A model generated the notes under the pieces. That model saw only the letters and a list, made by a program, of their open reading frames with translations, was not told the origin of the DNA and did no database searches. Of a DNA stretch of 64,000 bases, positions 25,016-39,100 are shown in pieces. Origin of the DNA: Octopus sinensis. Its lineage: Eukaryota. How positions within the stretch are numbered: the first letter of the stretch is position 1; every line of letters begins with the position of its first letter. The translations under genes and the position numbers were made by a program. The stretch covers positions 27,714,001-27,778,000 of the forward strand of contig NC_043015.1 in NCBI RefSeq assembly GCF_006345805.1, read 5' to 3'.

Positions 25016-25454
25016 ATATGTATATCATCATCATTATCATCATCAACATCATAAGTATTTAGCACCCACTTTTCTGTGCGTGCATGTGTCAGACAGAACT
25101 TGTTGAGGCAGATTTTATCTGAGAGGTACTCTTCCTGATGCTAACCTTCACTTGTTCTCAAGCAAGTAATCTTTCTCTATTGACAGGCATGTTTTCATGG
25201 AAGACTGAAAATAAACAACATCACTTGTATAATGGTGGTTATCATTTACAACCATCAAATAATGTCAAGGCAAGAGTATGCACGCATACTCTTGTGCACA
25301 CACACATACACACACACACACTCACACACACATTCACATGCACACACGTGCTCACATACACACACATGTATACAAGGTATTGGTTGGCCCAGGGCTATAG
25401 AAGAAGATACATGCCCAAGATGCTACTCTGTCATGCCTGCTATGTATGCATCTA

Positions 25455-25600
25455 TGTATGTATGCATGTATGTATGTATGTATGTATGTATGTATGTATG
25501 TATGTATGTATGTATGTATGTATGTATGTATGTATGTATGTATGTATGTATGTATGTATGCATTCTTGTATGTATGTATGTATGTATGTATGTATGTATG
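25455..25600. repeat. (ATGT)n microsatellite
   Basis: Direct reading of the sequence. Confidence 0.97.
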
Positions 25601-25789
25601 TGTGTACTTACACATATATACAATATAGGCATGTATGCATACTTGGTGTGTTGGCAAGATTATTTTAGCAATTATATCATCATTGAGAATAAAGTTTGAA
25701 AGATGGTAGCATGTAGTTTCTGTGAAGCTGACAAGTAATGTACTCATGTGCATTTACAGATCTGTCTGTGTGTCTGTATGTATTGGCAC

Positions 25790-25942
25790 AAGCATAGTTG
25801 TGTAATAAAACATTTGCTTCCCAACCACATGATTCTGGGTTCAGTCCCACTATGTGGCTCCTTGGGCCAACCACTATTACCCTGGGCCAACCAAAGCCTT
25901 GTGAGTGGATTTGGTGGTAGACAAAAACTGAAAGAAACCTAG

Positions 25943-25981
<39 letters not shown>

Positions 25982-26075
25982 ACGCGTGCGCGTGCGTGTG
26001 TTTGTGTTTGTCTTCCTCTACTGCTTAAGAACCTCTGTTGGTTTTGTTTACATTTCCATGTTTTAGTGGTTCAGA
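25790..26075 (+). mobile_element. SINE family A, decayed
   Basis: CCAACCACATGATTCTGGGTTCAGTCCCAC...CCAAAGCCTTGTGAGTGGATTTGGT. Confidence 0.75.
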
Positions 26076-26829
26076 AAAAAGACTGATAATATTGTTAATC
26101 ATTGAGTGAAAGATATCTCTTTTGAATCGTCTAATCACTCTGCTAATCAATAAATTTTTTTTAATTCTTCCAAATATAACAATGATAGTCATTTTAGAAG
26201 TGAGTTTTAAGAGAAAAACTACAAGAATGATATCCAAAGCTCTTATATGTCTTTTATTCAAAGCATTTTGTTCAATGCTCCACTGATTCTGCTGTCAAAC
26301 TACTGAAGTACGTCTTCCATCAATGAAAGGATTTCTAACAGAGATACAAGGTTACAAATTTTACCAAATAGTGGTATAGTCAATTAGGTTAGCATCAGTA
26401 TTTAACTGGTGCTTAGGTTATCAATCCTGGGAGGATGAAAAGCAAAGTTAACCTTGTCAGTGTTTGAACTCAGAACATAAAAGAAAATGATCATATAACA
26501 CAACTACCACACTTCTTGTCTATACATTACAGTTGATGCATCGCACAAGCAACATTACCTTTCTACTCAGCTGCAGTTGAAGGAAATCCTAATAGGCTGA
26601 ATTAGTATATGGTCTTGCAAGGAACATAGCAAATGATTGAATCCAGAAAACCCTGCATTCATTGGTGGATATATTCAAACATGATAGTAACATGTTGTTG
26701 GGACAGCAACATACAATAGACCGAATAAAAAATAAACAGTATTTGGTAGTGGTATTATGTTCAGTGTTGTTATGAATAAATTTTTAAGAGTCAAAGATAT
26801 ACAAGTAAATTGAATAATAATAATCCTCT

Positions 26830-27225
26830 CTACTATAGGCAGAAGGCCTGAAATTTTGGTGGAAGAGGCAAGTCGATTACATTGATCCCAGCATTCAACT
26901 GGTATTTAATTTATTGACTCTGATAGTATGAAAGGCAAAGTCAACTTTGGTGGAATTTGAACTCAGAACATATAGGCAGAGGAAATACCTATTTCTTTAC
27001 TACCCACAAGGGGCTATACACAGAGGGGACAAACAAGGACAGACACATGGATTAAGTCGATTATATCGACCCCAGTGTGTAACTGGTACTTAATTTATCG
27101 ACCCGAAAGGATGAAAGGCAAAGTCAACCTCAGTGGAATTTGAACTCAGAATGTAACGGCAGACGAAATACCGCTAAGCATTTCACCCAGTGTGCTAACG
27201 ATTCTGCCAGTCCCCCGCCTTGATT
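26830..27225 (-). mobile_element. Two adjacent SINE family B copies
   Basis: Both contain GATGAAAGGCAAAGTCAAC...GGAATTTGAACTCAGAA (minus-strand core and B box). Confidence 0.85.
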
Positions 27226-27494
27226 TCAATAATAATTATTATTATTTCAAACATCTTGAAATAACTGTTTATGACAACTATGACTATAAGTTTAATAAAT
27301 ATCCAAATGTGTTGCAACTGATAAAAATAATTTAGCTTTGTGTTGTATAAATAATAACCTGCTGCTCCAGAGGTAACATCCACAACCGATATAAATGAAT
27401 GAAGTTGAATGCAGAACCCAATTAATAATAGAGAAATGAAAACATACCACTTGATGAGGAATAGGAAATAAACTTAGTTACCTTTTATCTTCTA

Positions 27495-27860
27495 CTTTTT
27501 ATTGATTTCAGTCACTGGACTGTGGCCATGCTAGGGCACCACCTAGAAGTGTTTTAATTGTCCCAGAACTGATGCTTTTTTTAAGTTTGGTTCTTATTTT
27601 ATAGCTCTCTTTTTCTGAACTGCTAAATTATGGGGATGTAAACAAACCAAAACCAGTTGTCAAGCAGTGGAAGATGGAGTGACGAATGCAGATGCAAAGA
27701 GGCAAACACATACACACAACAAGCTTTTCAACTATCAAATTTAATCACAATAAATTGGTCAACCTTGAGTTATAGCAGAAGACACTTGCCCAAGGCACCA
27801 TGCAGTGAGACTGAACCCAAACCTACATGGCTGCAAAGCAAACGTTTTTACCATACAACT
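27495..27860 (-). mobile_element. SINE family A, decayed
   Basis: TATAGCAGAAGACACTTGCCCAAGGCACCA.GCAGTG.GACTGAACCC. Confidence 0.75.
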
Positions 27861-28289
27861 ATGAAGAGGGAAAAACAGAGTGCTTCACAGACTAAGATGA
27901 AGTACTTACTATGAGAAAAATGTCTACCATCTGCCAATGAACACTTCTACATGGTCATTCGACCTGCTAGAAATAACAGCTAAATACTATCTTTAAAGAA
28001 TAGGTAAAGATTGGGTGGGTGAATGAGTGTGTGAGTAACCATCATGTAATTATAGCAAAATTTCTGGTTTATGCAATGCAATATATATTACCTGTGAAAA
28101 GAAAGACACCATGATAACAGCTGGAATACTCAATCAGATCTCTTCTGAGGCTTAACACCAACATAAATAACAACTATGAAACATTTTAAGTGGGAAAACA
28201 ATATATTACTGCCAAAAGGTAGCTTGAAAGTATTATAAATGTTATTAGAAATGTATATTACAATTTAAGTTTAGATCTGTGCTAGAAGT

Positions 28290-28760
28290 ATGGTACAAAT
28301 GGTACTAAAAGGTACCAATAAGTTAGTGCAAAGAGTCTTAGAAACAAGCAGGAAAATATTTGAGGGAACTTAAACACAAAAGCAGATTTAGCAACAGATC
28401 GTTGAAGACCCAGCAGTATGCTTGTTGATAAGAAAAAAAAACACAATGTATGTTTTATAGGCAACATTGCTATACCTGAAGAATACAAACAACTTTGTTT
28501 ATGAAGATTACAAAACATTGATGATAACTACTTTAGAATTTCAAGATGAGCTCAGAGAAAGAGAATTAAGCATGCTAGAAGTGGTTGTTGTAGCTCAGTC
28601 ACTTTCCCTCTCCCTCTCTCTCTCTCTCATTCTCTCTGCCTCTCCCTCTTTCATTCTGCATTGAAGACTCTTAAATGAAGGAAAGCATCAGTACAATATA
28701 CAGACATTTATAATGCTTGGAATTGTTAATATCCTCAAGAAAGCATTTTCTATCTGAAAG
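28290..28760 (+). mobile_element. Highly decayed Dong-type RLE 3' fragment
   Basis: IGNIAIPE...EDYK and LGIVNILKKAFSI* resemble the RLE C-terminus. Confidence 0.5.
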
Positions 28761-29977
28761 AAACTTCATTTCATGTTTTAATTCCTACAAGCTCTAAATA
28801 TCAATTTTCTTACAATAGATTTGCTGTTGTTTTTCTTATTGTAGATTTTGTTGCTAGTGGTGATAGTGGTGGTCATAATGGTGGTGGAAGTCATTGTTAT
28901 CACTGTTATGGTCATGATTGAGAGACAGGTATATTTGATAAAAATCAGTTTGCTTATACATGTATGATGTCTTATTCTATTAACCTTCAGCTGGAAGGAG
29001 AGTTGTGGTTGACTTCCAGGTGGAAATTGAACTTGTAACCACAGAATACAAAAGGAAAAATCACTAAATAATGATACATGTTTCTGTCAGCCCATTTTTG
29101 CAGCTCATTTGTTTTAACATTAATAAATGATGAGATAAAGATGATGGTGACAGTTGTAGTGGTGGTTGTGGTCGTTGTGGTGGTTGGTGGTGGGAGGGAT
29201 GCTGACACTGACGATGGGGAATACAGTGGTAACAGTGGTTGTGTTGGTGATGATGATGGGCTGATGTCTATAGTGCTTGTAACAGTAATAATGATGGTCA
29301 TGTTTATCATGTCGACAACAGAAAAAAATGTTTAAATACTGAAAATTGGGAAAATATGCTTGAATTCAGTATTTTCATTTGATTTATTTTTGTTCTTTCT
29401 TAACATATTCGTAGCTGTTTCTTTCCTGGATATCTCTCAAACACACACACACACATGCACAAACACACACACACACACACACACACACAAGCACATATGC
29501 ATGCACAAATACACACATATGCACACACACAAACACATACACACACACACACACAAACACATACACACACACACAAACACATACACACACATACACACAC
29601 ACACAAACACATACACACACATCCACACACATGCAAACACACACACAGACACACAAACATTTACAAAACATTTTTTTAAAATTATTTTATTGTTCCTTAT
29701 TCAATAAAATCTACAGAGCACAGTTTCCAAGCAAGGATACGCCGTCCAAATATCATAATAAACAGAAAGGTAGTTGGTTATGGTGTATAATGACATTTAA
29801 GAATTAAATATTTACTAAATATATATTTCATACACATACATACATATATATTGTTTTATAATAATTTTTATACAGAACATTATATTTGTTGCAGTTGTTG
29901 TTCTTTTTAAATACCTTTTGTATTTTATGTTGCCATTGTATTATTTTTCTTGGTTTATTGTTTTATTGATGCTAAAG

Positions 29978-30025
29978 ATGCACAGAGTTTCAACAAGAAA
30001 GCAATAAAAGAGCAACTGAAAATTG
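29978..30025 (+). CDS. Candidate 48-nt coding exon of the host gene (xAQSFNKKAIKEQLKIx)
   Basis: Long T-rich acceptor tract and strong donor G|GTAAGA. Phase 1 in and phase 1 out. An alternative CAG acceptor lies at 29985. Confidence 0.55.
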
Positions 30026-30240
30026 GTAAGAATTGAAGATGAAGAGAAAAATGAAACAATAAAAATTGGGAAAATTGTTGGAAACTAAGTATAAGGTTAC
30101 ATGACAAATACAGACAGAGATATACATTCAAAAATTAATACATATATGTATATATATTGTTTTGCCATTTCATATGTGTGGTGGTGGGCAGAGACAAGAA
30201 AGTGGGTGGAAGAGAAAGATAAAAATGTATATATATATAT

Positions 30241-30356
30241 ATCACATGATCACGTGACCGACCAGTCCATCAGATGTAGTTACACATCGCTGGTCACAAT
30301 GCGTTTGCATTGTTTTAGCCTTCGAATGACGCCACCCCGCTGGCTAAGCGAGCAGG

Positions 30357-30360
<4 letters not shown>
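30241..30360. mobile_element. 120-bp GC-rich structured insert between two (TA)n tracts
   Basis: Nested stems GACCAG/CTGGTC, GATGT/ACATC and CAATGC/GCATTG. Flanked by TA repeats on both sides. Confidence 0.55.
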
Positions 30361-30420
<60 letters not shown>

Positions 30421-31949
30421 ATATATGTGACTGAGTGGAAATTCATCAATCAGTGAGAACCTAATACCAAAGCCATAGTAACATACACTCTTTATGCAGT
30501 GCTTAAGAAATACAAATGCTACCTAAGTTTCAAGCTGGTCTGTGGCTTGAATTCCCAGAGAAGATAAACTAGCATGGTCCTTACAATCTTCAAACAAATT
30601 TAAAATAGCTACTCCTGTTAGAATTTATGTATTTTGTGATGGAGGTGTCAAGGATGTTACTCAAATTATGCCTCTTAGATTAACAGTGTATGCGGTGAAT
30701 AAAATGTACTATCCAGTGTTAAAGTCATGTTTATCTGTTTTAGAAACATGTCTACATTCTGGGCTCGTGAGAAATGTGTGTATCCTATGGGAAATTTGTG
30801 CTGATCTGTCTACAAAAATCTTATGATGTCAACTATGCCTTATATGCAGTGGTTGTTTTATATAACAGGTTTGTGTAATGTAAGAGTTTATATAATTTGT
30901 GTGTATGGAGAATATCGAGTGAATGCCTGGTTAAATGCTAGCTTACTGTAGATAGTATTTTTCTCTGGGTGAGCAGTAATTTGCCAAAAGGTGAGCACCT
31001 ATTGAAGAAATTTGTTCTGATATTTAAATAATTAACATAGCTTTTTTTTTTTTTTTATTTACCCAATATGTGTATATTCATCTGGTATGTTTGTCTACAG
31101 TACAAAACTGACATTTTTTGCCTCTATTAATATAAATGGCTTATAAATTTCAGGAATTTTCCACTTGATACTGCAATTTATGTAGAGTTTCCAAATATAG
31201 TTGAGAAATGCCATAGAAACCTACAAGTCAAAATATTTGAGGACATATTATAGTTAAAAAGAAAAATGTTTATTTGAACTTATTCTCTGCTGATTGGTAT
31301 GGTTGATGAAAATTCTGCTTTAAACACAAGTGATTTGAGAAATGTCAGATTTCTACATCATTCAATTTATTAGATGATTTTTTTCTTTTTTTAATGTAAA
31401 CAACAAAATACTAGTTCTGATTTTACTGCACATTTTGACAAGTTGTTGGTGACTTTGTAGCAAAGTTCTGTCCATTGATTGGTACTTTTCTGTTGACACC
31501 AAAATGTAAAGTTGACATCTGCAGGATTTGAACCTGGTGCATGGTAAGTCAAAAAAGATACCGTGAGACATTCTAACCAATACTTTACAGTTACCACTCT
31601 ACCATTGCACCCATTGTGTGTGTGTGTGTGCGTGTGTGTGTGTGCATGTGTGTGTATGTGATTGTGTGTTATATACATGTACACACACACATACACGTAT
31701 GTATATATGTACACAGTACATCACAGTCATTCTATTAACATTTTGGCTCTTATTGTTAATTACATTAAACTCCCACCATTGCATATATTCAACAGAGTCT
31801 CACACAATCTGAGTTGTGTATAATGTAATATAAGAATATAAGATTACATCAATAATGAGAGAGAAAAGAACAGAGGCTTTAACTTGGTACTCCTTTATTT
31901 CATACCCAGGTTGAACAGCTTGAAAGCAGTGCGGCAACTGTTGTTGCAA

Positions 31950-32930
31950 AGTAAGTAAAATTAATAGCAAAGAAAAACGCACTTGAACAATTGGCTGATA
32001 GGTGAGAGCAGAAACCTCTGCATGGCAAATATGTGATCCATAGCAAACAAACTGATGCTGATCAAAAGCTCTTCCATTAGTGGCAATGAAGTTCAGGGCT
32101 AAAGGCAAAGAGTGATGGCTTCATCTTAACTGCTCAAGATCGAAGCTTATTGATCTGGAACTACTAAACCAATGTGATGTAAAATGGAGTAGATTCAAAG
32201 TGCTGGTTCTGCAATGTTCACTTTGAAACAGTGGACCACTTAATCTCTGGAGGCAAAGTTTTAGTGCCTGTAGAGTATAAATCAAGATACAACAGAGCTG
32301 GCCAATATCTAAACTGTTGGCATTATAAAATTAAAATAGCTGACAAACGGTATAAGCACTATAACCGAGGTTGTAACTGAGGAAGAAAAGGTAATGATTC
32401 TCTAGGACTTTCCTGTACATACAGACTGGACCATCAAAGCTAATAAACTGGATATTGTTGTGAAAGACGAAAACAGTAAAGTCTGTTTACTGATTGACAT
32501 GAGCATTCCATGTGATCATAATATCTCAGCAAAAGAATTTGATAAGTTCAGAAACTATAAAGAAAAAATGTAGTATCTCAAAGCAATTAGAAAAACCAGT
32601 GATTGTAGGAGGACTTGGGATGATAAAAAAATAAACTGAAAATTATTTGAGAATGATCCACAGCTTATCATTCATGCAAGAATTACAAAAGATTGTTTTA
32701 ACTGGCACATTGCATGAATTGAGAAGAGCATTGTCACTGTGAGAATGATTACATTCCATACAAATAATCGCTTTAAACTCAATAACTTTATTTGATTTGG
32801 TAAGTAAACAATCTGGTGTGTTTATTTTAATGGCTTATCGATGTATACAGTGAGTTTCTTTGCTCTAGGTGTTGGGAAGACACTCCGCAAGAAATGGAAA
32901 CAAAATTGAAGGAAGAAAAATAATTCATAA
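31950..32930 (+). mobile_element. Decayed Dong-type LINE 3' fragment (subfamily close to 36137-40167)
   Basis: Translates as FRAKGK.SDGFILTAQD, KCWFCNVHFETVDHLISG and DFPVHTDWTIKANKLDIVV...LIDMSIP. Confidence 0.75.
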
Positions 32931-32949
32931 TAACAATAATAATGATTTC

Positions 32950-33135
32950 AAATTTTGGCACTACGCCAGCAAATTCATGGGAGAGGATAAGTCAATTACA
33001 TCAACCCCAGTGCTTTACTGGTACTTATTTTATTGACCCTGAAAGGATGAAAGGCAAAGTCAACCTCACAGCATAAAAAAAAGAATGCCACCAAACATTT
33101 TGCCCAGCATACTAATGCTTCTGTCAGTTCGCCAC
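32950..33135 (-). mobile_element. SINE family B
   Basis: ACCCTGAAAGGATGAAAGGCAAAGTCAAC and head CAGTTCGCCAC. Confidence 0.7.
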
Positions 33136-33279
33136 TTTTTTAGTAATAACAATAATAATAATAATGATGATGATGATGATGATGATGATGATAACAATAA
33201 CAATATTAACAATAACAAGAACAACAACAACAATAATAATAATAATCATAATGTCAAGAAAAAGAAACTTAATGGAGTG

Positions 33280-36075
33280 ACAAAAAAAAGATCCATGGTG
33301 GAAAAGAAGAATACAGGTGGGGTTACATATGTTCTCGAAGGACATTTCTGTGTTAGACCAAAAAAAGAAAGGGGAGCTTAAAAGCGAACAGAAATACAGG
33401 GTACTGAAAAGGGAGTATAATACTGAAAGTGGTAATGGAGGAAATCAAACAGCACCTATTTGCAAAGAAAGCAAAGATGGTAAGATGCGACCAAAGAATG
33501 AAGAGTTACCAGCAGAATATATTATTCAGAGTAGACCAGAAGAGATTCTATAAAGAAATAAATAGAAAGTGTACAGATGAAAAGTTGATACCAGATAACA
33601 ATGACAGTCAAAGGTTTTGGAGTGGCATCTGAAGCAAAGACAAGGAGCATAAGAAGGATGCTGAATGGTTTCAAGAACTGAAATAAACAGTAATCTGTCC
33701 AAAACAGGCAGAACTAGTCATTTTAGTTAGAAAAGTGAAGGAAATCAGCAAAAAAAAATGAGCAACTGGAAGCCCGGGACCAGATGGAGTTCAAGGCTAC
33801 TGGATCAAAAGATTTGGTGAATGTCATGCATGAGTAGCTGTGCAACTCAACACCTTGTTAAATGCCGACCAAGAAACACCAGTGTGGTTGACATTGAGTA
33901 GGACAGTGTTGTACCTGAAAATCATCAAAAAAGGCAATACAGTAGACAATTACTGGCTCATATCTTGTTGGTTACTTATGTTGGAAGTTATTGACTGGAA
34001 TACTCACAGAGTCAATGTATGAAAATCTAGAAGAAAATGGAGTCCTGCCACATAAGCAGAAGGGTTGCAAGTGTAAATGCAGAGGTACCAAGGATCAACT
34101 CCTGATTGACAAAACTGTACTTAGAGACTGCAAGAGGAGGAAAAGTAAATTACCCATGTCGTGGATTGACTATCGTAAGGCATATGATATGATAACACAT
34201 TCTTGGATTATGGAGTGTATGAACCTATTTAGTATTACATCAAATGTTGAGCGATTGCTTGGAAAAAGTATGGCGAAGTGGAGGATGGACCTGACAGCAT
34301 ACGGAAGAAGTTTAGGGACAATAGAAATCAGGAGGGGCATCTTCCAAGGGGACTTCCTGTCCCCACTGGTCTTTGTACTGTACTTGATACCGCTAGCATT
34401 GATTCTGAGGAAAGCAAAAGTTGGTAATGTATTCAAAAGCCACTGAAAAACGTCAACTATGACCTCAAACTTTATGGTAAAGATGAATCCCAAGTCAGTT
34501 CCCTCGTTGATATGGTGTATGCTTTTTAGTGCTGATATCAGAATGGTGTTCGGACTGAGAAAGTGTGGTATGTTAGTCTTGAAGAGAGGAAAAATCAAAT
34601 GTATGGACAGGCTAACAATACTGTCAGGGGAGGTTATGAAGTAGATAGAAGAGATGGGCTATAAGTACTTGGGGATACTGGAAAATGGATAAATTGATGG
34701 AGAAAGAAATGACAGAAAAATTTATGGTGGAGTACTTGTTTAGACAAGAGACTGATACTTAAGTTGAAATTAAACAGACGGAATAAGATCGAAGCTATCA
34801 AATCCTGGGCGGTTTCACTCCTTAGATATGGAGTAGGGGTAATCGCATGGACAGTAGATTACCCATGTTGTGAATTGATTATAGTAAGGCATACGATATG
34901 ATAACACATTCTTGGATTATGGAGTGTATGAACCTATTTAGTATTACATCGAATGTTGAACTAAACAGCTTAGACAGAAATACAAGGAAGTTGCTAACTA
35001 GATATGGGATACTCCTCCCAAAAAGTCACACAGACAGACTGTATGTATCAAGAAAAAGAGGGGGAAGAGAACTTATTGGATGCGAACACAGCATTAGAGC
35101 AGAAGAAAATAACATAGCAAGGTATGTAAAAAATGCCACAGATCGCAATTATTAGAAGTAAGGTCAGGCTTGTGTAGGATGAAAGATTGAAAAGATAAAG
35201 CACTGTACAAGCAATTGAAAATGAATGAAACTGAAAATAGGTGGGTAAAGAAAAGAATGCATGAACAATTTCATAGGGATGTTGAAGATAAGACAGACAG
35301 AGAAAAAAGATGACTGTGGATGACTAAAAGTAATTTAAACCTGGAACGAGGGCTCTAATCTGTGCTGCCCAAGAGTAAGCACTAAGAACATATTACATAA
35401 AATACAGAATAGACAACACATCAGAAAATGATAAGGGCAGAATTTGTGGACAAAACGGTGAAACCGTATGGCATATTACTAGCCCAGAAAAAATATAAGA
35501 GATGCCATGACAATATAGCAAGGCTTGTCCATTGGCCACTATGCAACAATTATGAACTTGACAGAGTAAAAAATTGGTATGAGCATAAATCCAAAGGCAT
35601 CATAGAAAAGGATAAGGCAAAGATCCTGTGGGATTTTATGATTCATGTGACCATGAGATAGAGAATAGGAAACCAGACATAGTGTTAACTGAGAAAGAAA
35701 GCAAACAATGCTGGATCATAGATATAGCATGCCCAGTTGACAACAAGGTATGCAATATGGAAGAAAGAAAAGTTGATAGATATGACAAGTTAGCTTGGGA
35801 GGTTAAGCAGTTATGGTCGATGAAAAAGGTGGTAGTAGTACCAATAAATGTCGGAACCCTGGGAACAGTGAGTAAAAATCTTGAGAAGTACATGGAACAA
35901 ATAGGGGCTGCAATAAGAGTGGAGCATTTGCAGAAAACAGCGCTACTTGGAACCACTTGTATAGTCTGGAAGGTGCTCGAAAAATAAGGGGTGTTATCTT
36001 TGTTCACTGGTAATGAACAGCTGACACCATAGTACATCTCCAATGTTAGAAGCTGTGCAAAGGTAATGATAATAA
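33280..36075 (+). mobile_element. ~2.8-kb 5'-truncated R4/Dong-type LINE (RT + knuckle + RLE), inactivated
   Basis: [56 protein letters not shown] and KPDIV...IDIACP. (AAT)n at both ends. Confidence 0.92.
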
Positions 36076-36136
36076 TAATAATAATCTAATACACTGCTAC
36101 TTGAATATTGACTTCATGCCCACTTTGTATCAGATT

Positions 36137-39100
36137 ATTATTATTATTATTCAGTAGTTTTATTTTTATAGCGTGCTTTCACTTCACTACCGAGCACAGC
36201 TCTGTGTGCCTTGGGTATGTGCTGTGATTTGTTGTGATGCTCTGATGGTTATTGTATGGAAAGTGTTCTGCGTAGGATGTGTGCAGTGCCTAGTAGTGCA
36301 ATTTTCTGTATGTTATATGTGTTTGTAAGTCCTGGTGTTTTTGTTATGTATTTGTCTGAATATTTTTTTATCATGCCTAATGCACCTACTATGATAGGAA
36401 TTGTTTCTGTTTTCAGATTCCACATTCTAGTTACCTCTATTTCCAGGTCTTTGTATTTTGAGAGTTTCTCCATTTCTTTTAGAGACACGTTGTCATCAGC
36501 CGGTATTGATACATCAATTAGAAAGCATTTTTTTTCTTTATGATCTCTGACAACTATATCTGGTCTGTTGGCCTTAATTTCTCTATCTGTGTGTATCGGC
36601 ATATACCAGAGTATGGTTGCTTTCTCGTTTTCTGTGACCTTTTCTGGTGTGTGCCTATACCATCTTTTTTCTGTTGTTATTCCATAATGTTGGCATAGCT
36701 TCCAATGTATGTAGGTTCCAACTCTGTCATGTCTGTGAATATATTCCTTCTTAGCCAAGACTGGGCAGCTAGAGATAATATGATTTATTGTTTCTTGTCC
36801 ATCTCCACATATTCTGCAGTTACTTGTAATATTTCTTTTCATTACATGTTTTCGGTAATTTCTGGTGGGGAGGCTTTGGTCTTGTGCTGCAATTAAAAAT
36901 CCCTCTGTTTCTGCTTTGAGTCCTGAGCTTCTCAACCATTGCTGGGATTTTTCTTTGTCTATTTCTTTTGCGTTTAGTTTAGTGCAGTATTTTCCATCAA
37001 GGGGCTTTTCTTGCCATCGTTTTATCATGGTTCGTTGCTGTTCTATTTTTAGTTTGGATTTCATTTGTTTTATAGCTTTTGTTGTTTCTTCATCTTCTTC
37101 TTCTTCTTCTTCGTGTTCATTAGGTGGTATGATTCCTTGTTTGTATTTGTCAGCTTCCTTAAATACTGAGAACAGTTTTTTGTTTTGCTCGTGTTTTGCC
37201 GCTATCTGGATCAGTTTTCCTTCCTTCTGAAGTAGATATTTTTGCAGTCCTATGGTGGTTATTTTATAGTAGTTTTCCAGCTGTATAAGGCCTCTACCAC
37301 CTTCTATACGTTGTATATATAGTCTTTCTATGTCAGATTTTGGGTGATGCATCCTAGATCCTGTCATTATTTTTCTTGTTTTCCTATCTATTTTGGTCAG
37401 TTCATTTCGTGTCCAGTTAAGGATATTGAAGCTGTAACTTATAACTGGAACAGCTAAAGTGTTGATACCTATTATCTTGTTTTTAGCATTGAGCTCTGTG
37501 TTTAGTATTGATCTAACACGTCTATAATATTCTTTTTTTTATTTTCTCTTTCATTTGTGTGTGTTGTGTCTTATCTAGTTCATGGATTCCTAAGTATTTG
37601 TAAGTTTGGCTTTGGTCTAATTCTTTTATTTCATTGGTTTTATCTAGTGTGATGTTGTTACTCTTAACTAGTTTTCCTCTTTTCATGGTTACTTTGGCGC
37701 ATTTTTCTAATCCAAATTTCATATCTATTTCTTTGTAAATCCATGAACTGTCTTTAATAGTGTTTCCAGCTGTTTGTCATTTGCAGCGTATAGTTTTAGG
37801 TCATCCATATATAAAAGGTGGCTGATCGTTTTGCCGTAACATTTATATCCGCATCCAGTTCTATTTAGCATATCAGATAGAGGTGACAGTGCCAAGCAGA
37901 AAAGGAGTGGAGAGAGCGTGTCTCCCTGGAATATTCCTCTTCTAATGGGGATGTCTTTGGTTTTCATGAGTCCCTCTTTTGTTTGGAGGTGTAGGACTGT
38001 TTGCCATTTATTCATAGAGTGCTCTATGAATTTTATGATTGTTGGTGCTACTTTGTTAATGGCTAGTGTTTCGAGGATCCATGTGTGGGGGATGCTATCA
38101 AACGCCTTTTTGTAGTCAATCCAGGCCATACTGAGGCCTTTCTTCTTTCTGTGGCTGTCTTCAGTTATGGCTTTATTAATCATTAGTTGATCTTTACAGC
38201 CATATGAGCCTTTGCGGCATCCTTTCTGCTCTTCTGGGAACAGTTTGTTTTCGTCCAGGTGCTTGTTCAGCCTTTGTGATATCACTGCAGTAAATGCCTT
38301 GAACATAGTAGGGAGGCAGGTTATTGGTCTGTAGTTTTCTGGTTTTTCTGTTTCATTTGATTTGGGAATTAAGATGGTTTTCCCCTCCGTGAGCCATTCA
38401 GGCATTGTCTCTGGCTCTGCTAGTACGTTGTTAAAGTTTTCAGCCAGCTTTTTGTGCATTCCTGTTAGATATTTCAACCAGAAGTTGGGGATCTTGTCAT
38501 GCCCAGGTGCCTTCCAGTTGCTTAGTCTTTGCAGTGCCTGGGTGACCTCTTCAGTTGTTATGGGGGTCCAAAGTTGTTCAGATGCCGAGTTTGTTATTCT
38601 GATACTCCTTTTTTTGGTGGTTCGTTCGCCGACCATATTTCTCCCCAGAATTCTTCCAATTCTTCTGCCGTTGGTGCTGCAGTGACTTCTATTTTATTTT
38701 TTCCCAGTTCTTGGTAGAACTTTTTGGGGTTGGAGTTGAACTTTTTGTTTTCTTCAAAGAAGCGTTGGCGTTTCTTGTACCGGCAGATCCTTTGTGCTTT
38801 GGCAAGGATATCTTACTTCAGCTTTTCTTTTATTTCAGGCAAATCTTTCTCTGTGATGTTATATTTGCGGAGTATTTTTGTTCTCTTTTTGTTGCTCAGT
38901 AGCGTTGATTGTTTGCTGATTTCATTAAGAATCGACAGGTCTTTTCTAATTTTTTTTATTTTGCTTTGGATGTTATTTATCCACAGGGTTTGTTTGGGTG
39001 GTGGTACTCCTGTTTGGGCGGGTTTGGGTGAGTATCCAGCTTCTTTTGTGGCTGCAGTGGCTGCTGCGTATATTAGGTTATTTAGCTCAGTGATATCACT

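Noticed and set aside
30551-30826. 91-codon stop-free frame without a start codon
   Set aside because: No recognisable motif or good splice sites. Several frames of this length are expected by chance in 64 kb.
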